Shown here piece by piece: positions 60,630 to 64,000 of a DNA stretch of 64,000 nt (its first letter is position 1; each line of letters starts with the position of its first letter). The position numbers and the translations under genes were made by a program. The notes beneath the pieces were generated by a model. The model saw only the letters and a program-made list of their open reading frames with translations, had not been told where the DNA came from and did not search any database. The DNA is taken from positions 17,856,001-17,920,000 of the forward strand of contig NC_045138.2 in assembly GCF_008831285.2 (NCBI RefSeq). The letters run 5' to 3'. This stretch comes from Nymphaea colorata. Taxonomy: Eukaryota.

Positions 60630-63220
60630 GATTCGCGGAATTCTTCGACAGAGAACACGTCAAAACCCCTGGTCTTGAACCTCCCACGGACCCACGAGGG
60701 ACTGAAGAAGAAAAACAACGACAACAAGAAATTGGGTCGCGCTAATGTTCCAGCAATCGGATAAGCAACCCGTCGATCGGATAACCAATCGGAAGGATGA
60801 CTGAAATTTCCGACGAGGGAAAAGAAGTGGGACGTAGAAAACGTGCACTGTTTCCCGGCAGATTCTTTCCGCCCTGCGTTTTTTGTATTTTACAGAAGTT
60901 TTCATTTCTAACCCAATCTTCTGGCCACAATTTCCAAGATAGTCTTCATGTGTCTAAATTTTCTTGGTACCTAAAATTTATGTAAGGCCTCATCATGGGG
61001 ACAGTGTAGCTGAAAATGACAAGAGTATCTTTGAATCAAGAAATGGTAGAGACTCCATAAACCCAGTAAGAATGAAATCTAAAAATTTAAATTCCCACAG
61101 CAAGGTGAAAATGCCCCTCTAACCTAACATCAAACTTTTAATTTTGAAAGGTGTTTGTGAAAATAGTGAAATTTTCTTTCAAATATAAGGTTTTTAAAAT
61201 AAATTATTTATTAAGGCATTTCATCTGTATAAAACACTTAAATCCCCTTGAAAACTTTTTATTCAAGTATAATTTTTCCTTTGAAAACATATCCGCACTA
61301 AAATGAATAACAACTAAGTATTTGCTAATAACATCAAACCATCCCTTGCCTCATTTTTAAAAGCACAAGCCAATTTGCGGTAAACAGCAATAAAGGTTAT
61401 CCATTATCGTGATCTGGCAATTATTTTATATATCAATACCGAAAGTGCAGAATTTTTCGGTTGACCGTTTTCACTTTTCACCGTATACGGAACCCGACAA
61501 CAGGAAACTCATAAATGTAAAGCGTATCTTCGAAGTTATTTCTAAAAGGTGGACTTTACCGAAAACTTAATAAATGACCCTCATTTTCAAAACTTAATAA
61601 ATGACCCGCTTTTTCAACGTCGTCGCCATATTCATAGGTAATTGACAAATACATCCCTATGTTAATTTCGCATTTATTTTCTATCCACAAATTAACGTAG
61701 AAAGTTAGAAACTTTTTAGTCCACTATAGGGTTGGCGCAGCAATCGATGCTGGTAGGCCCTTAATTTTTATTAAGGGTCAACTTTCTGTGCTGTAAAAAA
61801 AAAATTACCTAACAAACAAGTTGAAACACAATGAAAATGACACCGTTCAAGTACCAAAAGCAAGCTGAAACTTCAATTCTCAATTTTATCGATAAAATGA
61901 AATATTATTCCTTCTTAATTGAGCATTCTTCCACCTTCTACATATGTTTGAAGAAAAAACACAATTATGTTTCTTATTTCAAAGAAAAATGATTGCAATT
62001 GGGGATTTTTATTCTCGTATAAGACATGGGCAATCATGAATTCGTAGAAAAGTGGGCTTTGAGTTATCAATACATCCTTTGCAAAAAAACCCAAAATTTT
62101 AGTTATAAGTGAATATAATTTTTTTTTTTTAGAAAGTAAGGTAGATTTGCTTTGTTGCCCAAATTTTTCATGAAAGAATTATAAAATGATGCTTCATGTT
62201 CCAGCAAATAACAAATCACTACTGAACTTCTATAAATTAAGAAATAGGTCAACTTTTGAAACATTTTTTTATAAATCACCTATTGAGGAAGCAAAAGGTT
62301 CTTACTGGTTAGGTGAAAGATAGTTCCTCTATAAGGGCAAAGTGAAACGTCTTGTGATTTTCTTTTTGAAAATTACCAAATTGTCTCTCATGGAAAGCCC
62401 TCATGGTTATCATGAGTACTCATTGTCCACCAATGTTCATCATCAAAGCAATTAACTTTCATTATTAAACAGGCGACCATAGGGACAACAGGTTAAATCG
62501 GCATGGTAAAAATTTTTTACCATTAAATCTGTTTGCATATTAAAAAAAAAACATCAAAGTAAAATGCATTAAATGCGAGGTGGGTCTTGTCATTGCAAGG
62601 GATGGCAGTGACCCATACACTGCTACACTACACGGAACTCTAGGTAAGTGTTGTCATTGTAACCCATGGTAAGTTGGGGTTCAGGAGATTTACCTTTCAA
62701 GGAGGACTAACCATTGAATTGAATGGCCTCCAAAGGGGTTTCTGTCATTGAGGGGAAATTTTTATTAAATCCAACGTCAAAGCTCACTCATTAATCGGAT
62801 CCTTTTTATTAAATCCAACTGACCAAAACTGTCTCAAGGAGTTGGGGGTAGATCATTTAACAGAAAAAGCAAAGCATCAGTTTCTGTATACTTCCTCATC
62901 TCTTGCAGACATTGGAGTTAGGAACAACCAACCACCAATCACGTAACAAGATATCAACAACTTGTAATTCAGAAAAAGCCCGAACTCAGAATAGTGCAAT
63001 TTCCTGAATCTTAACTCTTACTTCAAGCACACCAAGTGAATAAAAGAAGCTGATAGAAATTGTAATCCAAAATTCAGAATTAGAAACTGAACCGCTGCTT
63101 GATCCTTAATTTCTTGCAGCAGATTTTTCGTTCATTCTTATTATTAGGGCTTCTTGCTTCCATTGAAACTCTGCCACATTTGTAAACCACGAACTTCTGA
63201 AGCAACCTCTGAATCTGTCA

Positions 63221-63618
63221 CTAGATTCTGTTATATGCAACTGTCTGGCTGAAGAATTGACGGATGCAAACGACTTGAAATATGCTAGTGACCAGCAATG
63301 CCATGTATTCGACGACAGTGTATGAGTATAGTCGCCTCCTGGTACTGGTGTTTGCTGTGACAAACAATAATCAGACTAGTTCGTTAGACAGACAGATAAA
63401 AGTTCAAAACAATTCAAACTTTAAATAATGCAAGACATTGTTCTTTCGATAATCTTCCTTTAGCTTCGTTAGAGAGAGAGAGAGAGAGAGGGAGGGAAAG
63501 AGAGAGATACTGTGCCAATGGCGTTCTTCTCGTGCTTTCAAGTACTTCTGTTCTGCTGTGACAGACTCCAGTGCTTCCCTCAGCTCAGCAATCTTCACAT
63601 TTAATGGATTTAAATGCT
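63221..63618 (-). CDS. p24beta (emp24/gp25L/p24, GOLD-domain) family protein, last two exons; 5' part lies beyond the window
   Basis: Exon 63618-63511 encodes EHLNPLNVKIAELREALESVTAEQKYLKAREERHWH (coiled coil). Exon 63354-63221 encodes TNTSTRRRLYSYTVVEYMALLVTSIFQVVCIRQFFSQTVAYNRI* (TM helix and short cytosolic tail). This resembles the plant p24beta3 C-terminus as I recall it (...SVAYNRV). Confidence 0.9.
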
Positions 63619-64000
63619 CTGCAAGAGAAGGGCGGAAGCCAGTGAGCCACATTGAAAGGTTGATCCACATGGAACATTCTGTAGCCATGTTTGAATTTAA
63701 ATTATGCAACACCTCAAGTATAATATCTATCAATTGAGTACTCGGATCAGTTTTGAGGCAAGGTGTCACAACCACTACCAAAGTCATGTTCATTTGAGCA
63801 TTGTGAAACTTTTATGGAAGTATCTTGAAAACAGTTTTATATATCTAAAATTTTGAAGAAAAAGGATATCTATCCATATATTTAACTCTGTTGCAGCTTC
63901 TCAACTGTAGGAATGACTTGAAAATAATTCTATACATAAGGTCTTAAGAATACAGAAGCATAATACGATTCAGACTTATCCAAAGTTTCACTTGGAACGC

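Overview
Intron-rich, AT-rich flowering-plant nuclear DNA with many (TA)n/(GA)n microsatellites; the species cannot be determined from the sequence alone. The window holds: (1) the 3' part of an ARGONAUTE10/PINHEAD-like gene (+, 14 visible exons, stop at 3844); (2) about 35 kb (4-39 kb) with no recognisable protein-coding gene, containing two MIR167 hairpins on the minus strand (~14.2 kb and ~29.3 kb) plus MITEs and decayed transposon pieces; (3) a complete 19-exon SPIRRIG-like BEACH/WD40 gene (-, 60555-39589, about 3584 aa by my splice model); (4) the last two exons of a p24beta (emp24/GOLD) gene (-, cut off by the window end). Most short ORFs in the supplied track are spurious. The most interesting candidates are a bulged, target-mimic-like miR165/166 site about 160 nt past the AGO10 stop codon, candidate miPEP micro-ORFs and downstream splice donors in both MIR167 transcripts, and possible ancient linkage of AGO10, MIR167 x2, SPI and p24beta. 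These are hypotheses from manual reading, not a demonstrated new system.
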